The notes: generated from the sequence alone by a model not told the origin. A DNA stretch of 64,000 bases from Spirochaetota bacterium (GCA_031283155.1 JAITCI010000003.1:18205-82204); one strand, 5' to 3'. Shown: positions 19,681-30,026, numbered from the stretch's first letter. Numbers and translations: made by a program.

Positions 19681-20793
19681 ATGCTCTATGGTGATTTTCA
19701 GGGGCTGCGGCTTTCGCGGCTCGGGATGGGGAATATGCGGCTGCCCGTCCGAAACACACGGCAGGATGGACCGATACATCGCGCGGAAGCGCAGAAAATG
19801 ATAGACCACGCCCTCGCCGGCGGCATCAATTATTACGATACCGCCTACGTGTATCATAATGGCGAGTCGGAAGAATTTTTAGGCGATGCCCTCGCGCGCC
19901 ACCCCAGAGAGTCGTATTACCTTGCAACGAAATACATTCTTTTTTCAGGTGTCGATTATAAGGCAATCTTTGCGGAGCAGCGGCGGCGTCTTAAAACAGA
20001 CTGCATAGACTTTTACCTGATCCACGCCATCATGGATAGTAATTATAAGCAGTATCTCGATTCCGGCTGCATCGATTATTTTCTGGAACAAAAGGAAAAG
20101 GGCGCGATCCGATTCCTGGGGTTCTCGAACCACGCAAGCCCGGACGTACTCGCGCGCTTTGCCGATCACCATGCCTGGGATTTTGCGCAGATCCAGCTCA
20201 ATGCCTACGATTGGATTCTGGGCAGCGCGAAGCAGGAACACGCCATATTATATGAGCGCGGGATACCCATCATGGTCATGGAACCCGTCAGGGGCGGAAA
20301 GCTCGCAACACTCTCGCCTAAGGCATTGGCGATCATTGAAAAAGCGGCGCGCCCGGACTGGAGTCCGGCATCCTGGGCGTTTCGCTGGATTCGGCGGTTT
20401 CCGGGCATTCAGGTGATAATAAGCGGGATGTCCACCATCGCACAGATTGAGGAGAATGTTGCGCTTTTTTCATCGGAGGCAAGCCTCGGTGATGAAGAGC
20501 AGGAACTATTATTTGCTGCCTGCCGCGCCTTCCATGAGGAGGTTCGCGTCGCCTGTACAGAGTGCCGTTATTGCTGCGGTGAATGTCCTGCCCGTATTAA
20601 CATTCCCGAAATTCTGAAAGTTTATAACCACTATCAAACCGACGGTGCCTGGGCGCTGAACGAGATGAAGGGGGTCACATCGGAAAGCAAAACAAGCGAT
20701 TGTACCGCTTGCAGCGCCTGTACCGCCCGTTGTCCTCAGGGAATCGATATCGCGCCCATCATGGCGGAACTGACCGATTTGCTTTCAAATTGA
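19681..20793 (+). CDS. Aldo/keto reductase with C-terminal 4Fe-4S dicluster
   Basis: LGMGNMRLP, YYDTAYVY, MEPVRGG, CTECRYC..CP and CTACSACTARCP. Confidence 0.93.
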   Translation: MLYGDFQGLRLSRLGMGNMRLPVRNTRQDGPIHRAEAQKMIDHALAGGINYYDTAYVYHNGESEEFLGDALARHPRESYYLATKYILFSGVDYKAIFAEQRRRLKTDCIDFYLIHAIMDSNYKQYLDSGCIDYFLEQKEKGAIRFLGFSNHASPDVLARFADHHAWDFAQIQLNAYDWILGSAKQEHAILYERGIPIMVMEPVRGGKLATLSPKALAIIEKAARPDWSPASWAFRWIRRFPGIQVIISGMSTIAQIEENVALFSSEASLGDEEQELLFAACRAFHEEVRVACTECRYCCGECPARINIPEILKVYNHYQTDGAWALNEMKGVTSESKTSDCTACSACTARCPQGIDIAPIMAELTDLLSN

Positions 20794-20858
20794 CCTCATT
20801 ATCAGGGAAATCTGCGGCATTTGTTTTCAAACCGGGTGCGTAAATATGGATTTGGCTG

Positions 20859-22031
20859 TCAAAATTTACCTTTTTTTGCAAGAATATCGGCTTCCGGCAG
20901 ATTCTTGCGCCCATTGTTATCGGCGGAATCAGCGGAAGTTCCGCTCGCCATTTCCATGAGCATCTGTTTTGCGGTATAGTCATCAACCTGCTGTACGGGC
21001 GACTTAAAGAGGTAACAGGCCGCTTCGAGAATCGGCCCGGAGAGCTTGCGGTCAAGGGCTACCTTTGCGGCGCGAATGGCATCGGTGATCACACCGGCGG
21101 AATTGGGAGAGTCTTCTACTGAAAGGCGAAGTTCAAGGTGCATCGGAACGCCGCCATATTGCTCGCCCTCGATACGGATAAAACAGAGCTTATTATCGTT
21201 GAGCCAGGGTACGTAGTCCGAAGGACCCACATAAATATTTTCGGGATCAGGCTCGACACTCATCTGCGAGGTAACAGATTTGGTTTTGGAAATCTTTTTG
21301 CTCTCGAGGCGTGAACGATCCAGCATATTCAGAAAGTCCTGGTTGCCGCCCACGTTGAGCTGATAGGTTCGGCGGATCTTCTGCCCGCGATCCTCAAAGA
21401 GCTTTGTGAGGACGCGATGCACTATGGTCGCGCCGACCTGGGACTTAATATCATCCCCGAGGATCGGAAGCCCTGCCTCGCGGAATTTGTCACCCCATTT
21501 TTTGGATACAAACACAGGGATCGCGTTTACAAAGGCGCAATGCGCTTCGAGAGCGCATTCGGCATAGAAAAAAGCAGCCTCTTCGCTGCCAACCGGAAGA
21601 TAATTCACGAGAACCTCAACCCCGGCACCGCGCAAAATCCCAACTATCGCTTTTTTGGCCGCATCCCTGCTTTTGTAAATATCGTCCAGAGCGTCAAAGC
21701 GCCGATCAAGCGGGTAATGAGTAGTATGATCGGCGATACTGTCAAGCCGATACCCCATTTTGACTTCACAGCCAAGATGCGGTATTTCCGGCTGAAAAAT
21801 CTGGGTGCAATTTGGCTTTTCAAATATCGCTGCGGAAAGATCCTTGCCTACCTTGCGCCTGTCGACATCAAAAGCAGCGGTGAACTCAAAATCCTTTGGG
21901 GTATATCCGGCAAAATTCTGCGTTATGAGACCAGGAACTTCCTCAGTCCTGCTTCCATAATAAATCGTACCTTGCACAAGAGACGATGCGCAGTTGCCAA
22001 TACCGACCAGGCCAACCTTAATCCGACCCAT
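20859..22031 (-). CDS. ino1: myo-Inositol-1-phosphate synthase
   Basis: GIGNCASSLVQG, NYLPVGS, GDDIKSQVGAT, QLNVGGNQDF, SKKISKT, DSPNSAG. Confidence 0.96.
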   Translation of the reverse strand: MGRIKVGLVGIGNCASSLVQGTIYYGSRTEEVPGLITQNFAGYTPKDFEFTAAFDVDRRKVGKDLSAAIFEKPNCTQIFQPEIPHLGCEVKMGYRLDSIADHTTHYPLDRRFDALDDIYKSRDAAKKAIVGILRGAGVEVLVNYLPVGSEEAAFFYAECALEAHCAFVNAIPVFVSKKWGDKFREAGLPILGDDIKSQVGATIVHRVLTKLFEDRGQKIRRTYQLNVGGNQDFLNMLDRSRLESKKISKTKSVTSQMSVEPDPENIYVGPSDYVPWLNDNKLCFIRIEGEQYGGVPMHLELRLSVEDSPNSAGVITDAIRAAKVALDRKLSGPILEAACYLFKSPVQQVDDYTAKQMLMEMASGTSADSADNNGRKNLPEADILAKKGKF

Positions 22032-22351
22032 AGATTCTGCTCCTTTTGACACTCAGAAAAACGATCAAACACACACGATCCTCCAAATATACATACAAGA
22101 TCAAGCGGAATGAAAATGTTTTTCCTCTTTTTCAACCAGGACTTATGCGCATTGCGCCCTGCATACATAGATATTATATATCATAATCCGGGCAAAAGTG
22201 TGCCAAAAACGGAAAAGAACCTGTTTTTCGCATTATGCCGCACAGAAAAGATACCGATTGTAAAACTGTGGGAAACTCCTGAAAATACTGCGTGTTCTCG
22301 GGAGTCCTTCGGAGGCGGTCCTGAGGAAGCGACTGCCCATGGGAGGTCAGG

Positions 22352-23395
22352 ATGCGGCATATTTTCAGTATACCCGGCGGGTGCGCGGCGTTTATCTGCA
22401 TAGTTTTCCTGCAAACAATGCATGCAAGCGATCCTGCAGGCGCGCTCCACTGGACGAGTGAGGTGGATAGCTGGTTTGTGAACAAAAAATCCCCCTGGCT
22501 TATGCCAGGCTCGCGAAACTCAACCTTTACGCTGGATGGAAAGCAGGCTGTACTCTCCCTGACCAACGGCGGACTGGCAATAGTGGATCTGCGGGATCAG
22601 ATGGTACGAACCGTGATTGACTTTTCGCTGATTCTGGGGCATGACGGAGCGGAACCTGACTCCATCGCGGTTTCCCCCCTGGGCTTGATTGCTGCAGCCT
22701 TTCCGAACCGGCATGAGGTGCTTCTGATCGATCAGAAAAAAATGCGCGTACTTGAGCGAATTAAGACGTCGTTCATTCCGATGGGACTGCGCTTCTCTCC
22801 GCTCGGCAAATTTCTTTTTATGGGCGAACAGCGGGATAAGCACGCCTGGTCATCGATCTATTCCATTCAAAAACGCGAGTATCTGCTTTCCCGCATAACC
22901 CCCATGGTATGCGATATAAGCCGCGACGATCGCTACATCTATTTATACGATGAAACAAAAAACAGCCTGCGCTGGATCCTGACGGACACCCTGCAGACCG
23001 TGCGTGATTGTAATCTCTCCGCCATCGCGCCCGTGGGAGAACCGCATACCATTAAGGTGCTGCGCGATCACAGAATCGCGATGGGCTTCCTGGGTTCGCT
23101 GGTTATCAGTGATCGCTACCTGGAGCGCGTCGTTCTCACGCATATCGCGCCGGAGAACGCAGGCGCGGTTTCATTTATCGAACCGAGCCATGATAATCGA
23201 TTCCTCATTTTCGGCAGCAGGGGATCGCTCTCTGTCCTTTCATTGGTCAATAATCTTTCGGAGCCGCTCTCCATTCCCGCCGGTGCGGGTTCGGTCAGCA
23301 CCTACCCAAACGGGAATTATATCCTGTACACCGATCAGGCGAGCGGAAGCGCGCGGATCATGCGCATAACCATCCCCTCGCGCTACGGGGATTAG
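22352..23395 (+). CDS. Hypothetical exported beta-propeller (YncE/WD40-like) protein
   Basis: Signal-like N-terminus; blade motifs AVSPLG, RFSPLGKF, ISRDDRY, PSHDNRF, TYPNGNY. Confidence 0.7.
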   Translation: MRHIFSIPGGCAAFICIVFLQTMHASDPAGALHWTSEVDSWFVNKKSPWLMPGSRNSTFTLDGKQAVLSLTNGGLAIVDLRDQMVRTVIDFSLILGHDGAEPDSIAVSPLGLIAAAFPNRHEVLLIDQKKMRVLERIKTSFIPMGLRFSPLGKFLFMGEQRDKHAWSSIYSIQKREYLLSRITPMVCDISRDDRYIYLYDETKNSLRWILTDTLQTVRDCNLSAIAPVGEPHTIKVLRDHRIAMGFLGSLVISDRYLERVVLTHIAPENAGAVSFIEPSHDNRFLIFGSRGSLSVLSLVNNLSEPLSIPAGAGSVSTYPNGNYILYTDQASGSARIMRITIPSRYGD

Positions 23396-23428
23396 GGACA
23401 CGCCCTAAGCATTCATAAGCTGCATATA

Positions 23429-23465
23429 ATACAAAAACTCCCCCAAAGCGGGGGAGTTTTTGTAT
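23429..23465. terminator. Bidirectional intrinsic terminator
   Basis: Perfect 16-bp stem atacaaaaactccccc / gggggagtttttgtat between convergent genes. Confidence 0.9.
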
Positions 23466-23480
23466 GCGTTTCTTGCTGCG

Positions 23481-25082
23481 CTATTTGCCCGAAAAACTCC
23501 TGAAGAGATTATATAAAACGTCTATCTCCGCCTTGGTAATAAGCGCGGAACCCGTCATCGAATTTTGCGCCAGTTGGGAAATACCGTAGATACCTCCGCC
23601 GGCGGGAATTCTTCTCAATTTGTTTACAGCGGACTTAACTTCATTCCCGCCGATATCATACGCCGAAACGATGCGCACGATTTCTTTTATCGTATCTCCG
23701 ATGGAGATGTAGCTTACTCCGTTTTTGGCATACTGCCCGTAATTCTGCCCAATGGCTTTCCAGGCGGCGGTTGAGGAGAATCCGGATTTCGTGCCGCCCA
23801 CAAGATCGGCAAGACGGCTCTGCGCGCCCGTGCCGATGGCCATATACTCAACCCCGTTTTTCGTAACGATATACGCGGTCAGCGAATCCAGGAGCTTATC
23901 GAGATTGCGCGCGCTGCCCCGGAAATTCTGGGGCGCGCCCGATTCAAATCTGACAAGGTCGTAGGAATCCGCGCCCATCCTGCCGGCGTTTTGGGTATAG
24001 ACAATTCTGCCCTGGATATTCTTCAGCGCAGGGAGAGCGTTGATGCGATCAGTGTATTTGGCCATAAGCGCCTTTGAATCCTTGCCGGGGGCGAGCTTCA
24101 TGGCGGCAACCATCGCGAAAGCGCCCTCTCCGCCGGGTACCAGGGCGCAGGCAAAGTCGTCGCCGTAGATATCTGCGGCTTCCTTCATGGCGTCCGCGAG
24201 TACCCCGCCAAGACCGCGCGCAAACTCATCGTAAAAACCAACAAGGATTTCGCCGAATGACGACTCTATCCATTTCAGCTCCATTTTCGCTCCGGTAACG
24301 AAATAGCTGTCGGCGGGCATCTTTGCGACAAGAGCAGGTTCGCCCCGCGAGGCGGATTTGAGAAGCGCCGAATAGGCGCTTTCGGGCTGCACTTCGACAG
24401 CGCTTATAAATTCGATTCCCTGCGGCGTAAACGAAAAGCCAAAGGACATTTCCTGAATGCCGCCGATGAATCCGGAATGGAATTTACGCGCGAGCTGATT
24501 GATCGCGTTTGAGTTCCCGTCGATCATGGAACCTATATCGTCCGCTGAATTTTTCAGAAAAGCGCCGTCTATAAACACAGCAATGTGTGCATCGGGCAGT
24601 TTGGCTATCGTTTTTTTGGCACCCTTTTCAAAAAGGGTCATAGCATCCGCATCGGATGCGACGATCAGATAGCGATCACGGTACCGGACCTTTTGCGCGT
24701 CTGCGCCGTCAAAAACGCCCTGCTGGCTTAAAAAATTGCGCAAGGTATTTGGATCAGTCACGGGAACCATAACCACAAACCCTTCCGATTCATCCTGGCT
24801 TTTCAGAAGAAAAACGCCGGTTGGCCGTGAAAGATCAAACCCGGGATATCCGGTTCTGCCCGTGAGCTGCATCGAAATAAGCATATCCAGCTGCCCCTTG
24901 CTGAGTCCAAGACCGTACCTGACCGCATAACTCTCAATTTCCTTTACGATTTCAGGAAACTTTTCGAGCTGAACAAAAACAACGCAATCCTTTGTGATAT
25001 ATCTCTGCAGGGCGGAATCGGCCGCGCCTAACGGCAAAACGCAGAGCAGAATAAGAAAAACCGGGAGTGCCAATCGTTTCAT
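23481..25082 (-). CDS. Hypothetical exported protein (DUF3352-like architecture)
   Basis: 533-aa ORF, signal peptide MKRLALPVFLILLCVLPLGA, RBS AAAGGA; family call tentative. Confidence 0.75.
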   Translation of the reverse strand: MKRLALPVFLILLCVLPLGAADSALQRYITKDCVVFVQLEKFPEIVKEIESYAVRYGLGLSKGQLDMLISMQLTGRTGYPGFDLSRPTGVFLLKSQDESEGFVVMVPVTDPNTLRNFLSQQGVFDGADAQKVRYRDRYLIVASDADAMTLFEKGAKKTIAKLPDAHIAVFIDGAFLKNSADDIGSMIDGNSNAINQLARKFHSGFIGGIQEMSFGFSFTPQGIEFISAVEVQPESAYSALLKSASRGEPALVAKMPADSYFVTGAKMELKWIESSFGEILVGFYDEFARGLGGVLADAMKEAADIYGDDFACALVPGGEGAFAMVAAMKLAPGKDSKALMAKYTDRINALPALKNIQGRIVYTQNAGRMGADSYDLVRFESGAPQNFRGSARNLDKLLDSLTAYIVTKNGVEYMAIGTGAQSRLADLVGGTKSGFSSTAAWKAIGQNYGQYAKNGVSYISIGDTIKEIVRIVSAYDIGGNEVKSAVNKLRRIPAGGGIYGISQLAQNSMTGSALITKAEIDVLYNLFRSFSGK

Positions 25083-25242
25083 GGATGTGTCCTTTCAAAA
25101 AAAATTTTCCGAAGGGTTCCTGAGAATATGCGGCATTCCCGGGAGTTTCCTGTCACATACCAAGATATACACCCGATGGCCGAAAAGAATCATTAAATCT
25201 GCGATGCCCAAAAGTATGGAAGGCGTTGCATGGGGAAACTCC

Positions 25243-25992
25243 TCACTCCGGAGAGGCGAGGCGGAATTCGCGGAGGCGAAAGGCATAAATTATTGCATCC
25301 ATCTCCGCTCTGGCCTCTTCGCGCGGTCCTGCGGCTTCGCCGGGCAGCTTCGCCTCGGCGGCAAGAAGCGCCCCCAGGAGATCGGATATAAGATTACACA
25401 AAAACCCGGATTCCTTCAGATACTCCTTGCAGAAGCGCTCCCGCTCGCGCTCGCCGACTGTGATCCGCCCGAGCGATAAAGCCAGATCCGCGAGGATCCT
25501 GGGGGGAGCGCCGGCGCGCACCGGCTCAAGCTGATGAAAGATCCGCTCCCAGGCGGTATGCGCGAGCCGCGCGGCGTCGGTTCCGGGCGGGAGAGAGCGT
25601 GCGCCCGGCAGAATCTGCCCCCAGCGCTCATAAAACGCGGAGAGAGCGCCGGCGAGCCGTTGGGTTTCCTCATCCGCGCGATCCGAAAATTCCATGCGCG
25701 GATACGCCTGGATGCGCTCCGCGAATTCCTCGAGCATACGGTCGGCATTGGTCGGGAGAACCTCCGGCGGGGGCGCAAACATCTCTTCCGCTTTTTTCTC
25801 CAGCTCTTTCAGGATACGCACCTCGTTGGCGAGAAAATGCTCCGCCGGAAGACGCTGCTTCAGCGACTGCATATAGCGTTCATCCACGCGCGTCCAGGAA
25901 AAAATATTGCTCCCATATTTTGCGGCGAGGGTATCGTACTGCTTCCGGAGTTTTTCGCGGGCTGTTTTTATTTCACGATCAGAGAGCGCCAT
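25243..25992 (-). CDS. Hypothetical alpha-helical protein
   Basis: 249-aa ATG-started ORF with charged helical composition. Confidence 0.75.
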   Translation of the reverse strand: MALSDREIKTAREKLRKQYDTLAAKYGSNIFSWTRVDERYMQSLKQRLPAEHFLANEVRILKELEKKAEEMFAPPPEVLPTNADRMLEEFAERIQAYPRMEFSDRADEETQRLAGALSAFYERWGQILPGARSLPPGTDAARLAHTAWERIFHQLEPVRAGAPPRILADLALSLGRITVGERERERFCKEYLKESGFLCNLISDLLGALLAAEAKLPGEAAGPREEARAEMDAIIYAFRLREFRLASPE

Positions 25993-26241
25993 GAAAATAT
26001 TCTAAACCACTGGAGAGTAATGTTCAAGGCTGCAATATGGGAAGGTGAAGTTTTTGTTTTTTCCCGCGCAGCGGAACGGTTCTTCGGAGGTGGGTGCTTC
26101 GGTTCCACCGAAGAACGGCAAAACACATACCAAAAAATTCAGGCTCGCGGCTTACAGCAGTATGAATCAACTGTTCCCAAAATAATGTTTTGATTTTATC
26201 CTGCCGCATCCGTGGCTAATTTTTCAGACAAGGAGCAAACC

Positions 26242-26646
26242 ATGAAAGCACAGATTGAAGTCGCGACACACACACGCGCGGAGATGATAGACGTCACCCA
26301 AAATCTTACCGCGCTTGTCAAACAGAGTAGAATACAAGAGGGATTTTGTTATATATGGAATCCGCATACGACCGCCGCGCTGACCGTCAATGAAAACGCG
26401 GATCCAGACGTCACGCGCGATATACTTGCCGGTCTGGAACGCTTTGTGCCGCGCAACGGGGATTACCGCCATGCGGAGGGAAATTCCGCCGCGCACATCA
26501 AGGCAAGCCTCTTCGGGCCGTCATTGCAGATCATGATCGAAGACGCGCGCCTTGTTTTGGGAACCTGGCAGGGCGTGTATTTCTGCGAGTTTGACGGTCC
26601 GCGCCGGAGACGCCTCCAGGTGCGTATCGTACCGCTGCCGGAATAG
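26242..26646 (+). CDS. yjbQ: YjbQ/UPF0047 family (secondary thiamine-phosphate synthase)
   Basis: PHTTAALTVNENADPDV, YRHAEGNSAAHIK, LGTWQG..EFDGPR; RBS AAGGAG. Confidence 0.95.
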   Translation: MKAQIEVATHTRAEMIDVTQNLTALVKQSRIQEGFCYIWNPHTTAALTVNENADPDVTRDILAGLERFVPRNGDYRHAEGNSAAHIKASLFGPSLQIMIEDARLVLGTWQGVYFCEFDGPRRRRLQVRIVPLPE

Positions 26647-26752
26647 AGCAAAATCATAATAGAAATATTTATAAATAGTTGTTCCTATATGGATATATAT
26701 GGAAAGCGTATTCCTCGGCGAAGGCATATGGCAAAATACTGTGATTTATGGC

Positions 26753-26781
26753 TTGACGCTTTTGAGGCTTTTTGATATTCT
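26753..26781 (+). promoter_or_regulatory. Sigma70 promoter upstream of nrdD leader
   Basis: TTGACG-N17-TATTCT. Confidence 0.65.
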
Positions 26782-26786
26782 TGTTT

Positions 26787-26968
26787 CGGGAGAAATACCG
26801 AGGGAATCCCGGGAACAGACCATGTTCCGGAGAGCGCCCCAGCCTATGCGGCTGTATTTCCCGTAATGTTTGCAATCCACAGTCCGGTTATCATGCAGCC
26901 GGGCTTCATAAATTTCACTCGCAGGATGCGAGTGCCCTGCGTGGCACTTGGCGAAGTACCCTGGGGGT
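26787..26968 (+). ncRNA. Structured RNA leader of nrdD (cobalamin-riboswitch-like; 6S-like alternative)
   Basis: Ordered motifs AGGGAA, CGG..CCGG, CGCCCC, CTGTA, AGTCCGG; several hairpins; starts at the predicted TSS. Confidence 0.4.
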
Positions 26969-27087
26969 AATGGTGCCGTATTTACGAGGGGCTACTTGCA
27001 GGAAGCTCCGGGTGCGCGGCTTTGCTATGGATATTGTCATGTACGTATGTAAATAATCACTAAAAGCGGCAAAGGGTGGGGGAGAGC

Positions 27088-29205
27088 ATGCAGTACACGG
27101 GTACGCTTATTCAAAAGGTGATCAAGCGAAGCGGCGAAGCGGTCGCTTTTGACGCGCAAAAAATCACAAACGCGATTGCGAAAGCCGGGAAAGCGAGCGG
27201 GGAATTTGAACGCGAGACCGCCGAGGCGCTCACGCAGCAGGTGGCCGCCATGCTGGAAGAAATATGCGATGAGAGCGGCGTGATTCCCGACATTGAAAGC
27301 ATCCAGGACATAGTTGAACAGGTTCTCTTCGCGTCCAGATACAAAAAAACCGCGCGCGCGTACATCATCTACCGCGATCAACATGCGCGGCTGCGCGAGT
27401 TTATGGCCGAGCGAACGGTGCATCTCGTTGACGCCTATCTTGAGCGCGAGGATTGGCAGGTCAACGAAAACAGCAATATGAGTTTTTCGCTGCAGGGACT
27501 GAACAACTATATATCATCCGAAATCAGCAAAACCTACTGGCTGCATAATATCTATCCCGAAGAGCTTCGCCACGCGCACACAGACGGCGATCTGCATCTG
27601 CATGATCTCGGCTCGCTCTCTGCGTATTGCGTGGGGTGGGATCTCTACGATCTTTTGCGCAAGGGCTTTCGCGGCGTCGCCGGCAAGGTGGAAGCGGGTC
27701 CCGCAAAGCATTTCCGGAGCGCCCTCGGGCAGATCGTCAATTTTTTCTATACCTTACAGGGCGAGGCGGCAGGCGCGCAGGCCTTCGCCAATTTTGATAC
27801 TTTGCTCGCCCCCTTCATCCGCAGCGACAAACTCAGCTATACCGAGGTGCGGCAGGCGATGCAGGAATTTATGTTTAACGTGAATGTTCCGACGCGCGTG
27901 GGTTTCCAGACGCCGTTTACAAATATTACGCTCGATCTGACCGTACCGTCGTACTATAAGGATCAGCCGGTGCTGATAGGCGGCAAACCCACAAGCAGCA
28001 CATACAGCGAATTTCAAAACGAAATGGATATGCTCAACACCGCCTTTCTCGAGGTAATGGCCGGAGGGGACGCGCGCGGGCGGGTATTCACCTTCCCGAT
28101 TCCCACCTATAACATCAGCGAGGATTTTGACTGGAATAATCCGCATATCGAAAAGCTCTGGGAGGTTACAGCGAAATACGGCATCCCCTATTTTGCGAAT
28201 TTCGTCAACTCCGACATGAAGCCGGAAGACGCGCGCTCGATGTGCTGCCGTCTTCGGATCGACAACAGGGAACTCAACCGCCGCGGCGGCGGACTCTTCG
28301 GCGCGTCTCCGCTCACCGGATCAATCGGCGTTGTTACCATCAATCTCCCGCGAATAGGCTATCTTGCCGAAAACGAAGAGGATTTTATAAGCCGCCTCGA
28401 CCGCCTGATGTGTCTTGCCGCCGAAAGCCTGGATATCAAGCGCAAGGTACTGGAAAAATTTACCGATAACCGCCTTTATCCCTATATGCAGTATTATCTG
28501 CGCGACGTCAAAAAACGCTTCGGCAAATACTGGCAAAACCATTTCTCAACGATTGGCATCATCGGGATGAACGAGGCCTGCCTTAATCTGCTCGGCTGCG
28601 ACATCACCACCCCCGGGGGGAATGCTTTCGCGCTGCGCGTGATGGATTATATGCGCGCCCGCCTCGTTGATTTTCAAAAGGAAAGCGGCAATATTTTCAA
28701 TCTCGAGGCGACCCCTGCCGAGGGAACCAGTTACCGGCTTGCGCTTTTGGATCAGAAAAAATATCCCGACCTTGTCCATGCCTCCCGCGAGGAAGTTTCG
28801 CCCTTCTATACAAATTCAAGCCAGCCGCCGGTTAATTACACGGATGATCTCTTTGACCTGCTCGATATGCAGGATGAACTCCAGAAGCGCTATACGGGGG
28901 GTACGGTGGTGCACCTCTTCGCCGGAGAGCGCCTCTCCGATCCGAAAGCCGTGCGCGAGTTGGTGCGCACAGTCTGCGCGCGCTATCACCTTCCGTATTT
29001 TTCCATCACCCCCACCTTCAGTATCTGCCCGCAGCACGGCTATATCGACGGCGAACACGCCGAGTGTCCCGAATGCCATAGCGACTGCGAGATCTATTCG
29101 CGAGTGGTGGGCTATCTCCGGCCGGTCAAACAATGGAACAACGGAAAACAGAGTGAATTTACGCAGCGCAGGATGCTGCGGCTCGAAGCGGCGCGCCCCC
29201 AATAA
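27088..29205 (+). CDS. nrdD: Anaerobic (class III) ribonucleoside-triphosphate reductase with ATP cone
   Basis: VIKRSG ATP cone, SMCCRL, EATPAEG, CPQH..CPEC, glycyl-radical YSRVVGYLRP. Confidence 0.97.
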   Translation: MQYTGTLIQKVIKRSGEAVAFDAQKITNAIAKAGKASGEFERETAEALTQQVAAMLEEICDESGVIPDIESIQDIVEQVLFASRYKKTARAYIIYRDQHARLREFMAERTVHLVDAYLEREDWQVNENSNMSFSLQGLNNYISSEISKTYWLHNIYPEELRHAHTDGDLHLHDLGSLSAYCVGWDLYDLLRKGFRGVAGKVEAGPAKHFRSALGQIVNFFYTLQGEAAGAQAFANFDTLLAPFIRSDKLSYTEVRQAMQEFMFNVNVPTRVGFQTPFTNITLDLTVPSYYKDQPVLIGGKPTSSTYSEFQNEMDMLNTAFLEVMAGGDARGRVFTFPIPTYNISEDFDWNNPHIEKLWEVTAKYGIPYFANFVNSDMKPEDARSMCCRLRIDNRELNRRGGGLFGASPLTGSIGVVTINLPRIGYLAENEEDFISRLDRLMCLAAESLDIKRKVLEKFTDNRLYPYMQYYLRDVKKRFGKYWQNHFSTIGIIGMNEACLNLLGCDITTPGGNAFALRVMDYMRARLVDFQKESGNIFNLEATPAEGTSYRLALLDQKKYPDLVHASREEVSPFYTNSSQPPVNYTDDLFDLLDMQDELQKRYTGGTVVHLFAGERLSDPKAVRELVRTVCARYHLPYFSITPTFSICPQHGYIDGEHAECPECHSDCEIYSRVVGYLRPVKQWNNGKQSEFTQRRMLRLEAARPQ

Positions 29206-29208
29206 ACC

Positions 29209-29919
29209 ATGCTGCTCGCGGGTTACGTCCCCAGTTCGCTGATCGATTTTCCGGGCCGCGTATCCGCCGTCGCTTTCAGCCAGGGATGCACCCTGCGCTG
29301 TCCCTGGTGCCATAACGCGCCGCTTGTACACACGGGCGAAGCGGCTGCCCACACGCAAACGCAGGACACAGGTGAACACGAAGAGCGTCTCCGGAATTTT
29401 TTTGCCTTTCTGGAACGCCGTCGGGGGCTGCTCGCGGGCGTGGTGATCTCCGGCGGAGAGCCCTGCATCCATGCCGATCTCGCGGAGTTCCTGGGCAGGA
29501 TCCGATCAATGGGCTTTTTGACCAAGCTGGATACCAATGGGACGCGCCCCCAAATGCTCGCCTCCCTGCTGGAGGCGAAACTCGTGGATCTGGCCGCGAT
29601 GGATATCAAGGGGCCGCGCGACCGCTATGCCGAATTGTGCGGCGTGGCGGAATCAGCGCTCCCCTGGGATGCGATTCGCGAGAGCATCCGCATTCTTGCC
29701 GGGCGGCAAGAGCCGCATCTCTTCCGCACAACCTGCATGGAGCCGCAATTCGATACCGAGGCCGTTATGCGTATGCGGGAGCTTGTCCCCAAAGGGATAC
29801 CGTGGCATTTGCAGCCGTATAAAGAGGGTTCCGCCGCTCTGGATCCCGCGTTTACAGCGCGCGCGCCCGCCCCGCAAATCCTTGAGGATTGGCAGCGGCG
29901 CATAGACGAGCGAGGGTGA
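29209..29919 (+). CDS. nrdG: Anaerobic RNR activating radical SAM enzyme
   Basis: SLIDFPG, CTLRCPWCHN, SGGEP, LDTNG, AMDIK; directly after nrdD. Confidence 0.95.
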   Translation: MLLAGYVPSSLIDFPGRVSAVAFSQGCTLRCPWCHNAPLVHTGEAAAHTQTQDTGEHEERLRNFFAFLERRRGLLAGVVISGGEPCIHADLAEFLGRIRSMGFLTKLDTNGTRPQMLASLLEAKLVDLAAMDIKGPRDRYAELCGVAESALPWDAIRESIRILAGRQEPHLFRTTCMEPQFDTEAVMRMRELVPKGIPWHLQPYKEGSAALDPAFTARAPAPQILEDWQRRIDERG

Positions 29920-30026
29920 TTGCGGGAGGAATGCCCGCGTGTAAAAGCGCGGAAAATTATGAAATACGCATAACAGATCGGAAAATTACTTGGACTAATT
30001 TTTTATTATAAGACTGGTATGGATCG

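Noticed and set aside
18077-19759. 560-aa minus-strand ORF, and similar long overlapping ORFs such as 14767-15615, 16740-17714 and 31213-32160
   Set aside because: Antisense shadows of well-supported genes in GC-rich DNA; no recognisable motifs.
26787-26863. 77-nt multibranch stem as a tRNA
   Set aside because: No TTCRA T-loop at the right position, no D-loop and no 7-nt anticodon arm geometry.
27020-27045. Possible NrdR box before nrdD
   Set aside because: Poor match to the palindromic consensus and no tandem second box.
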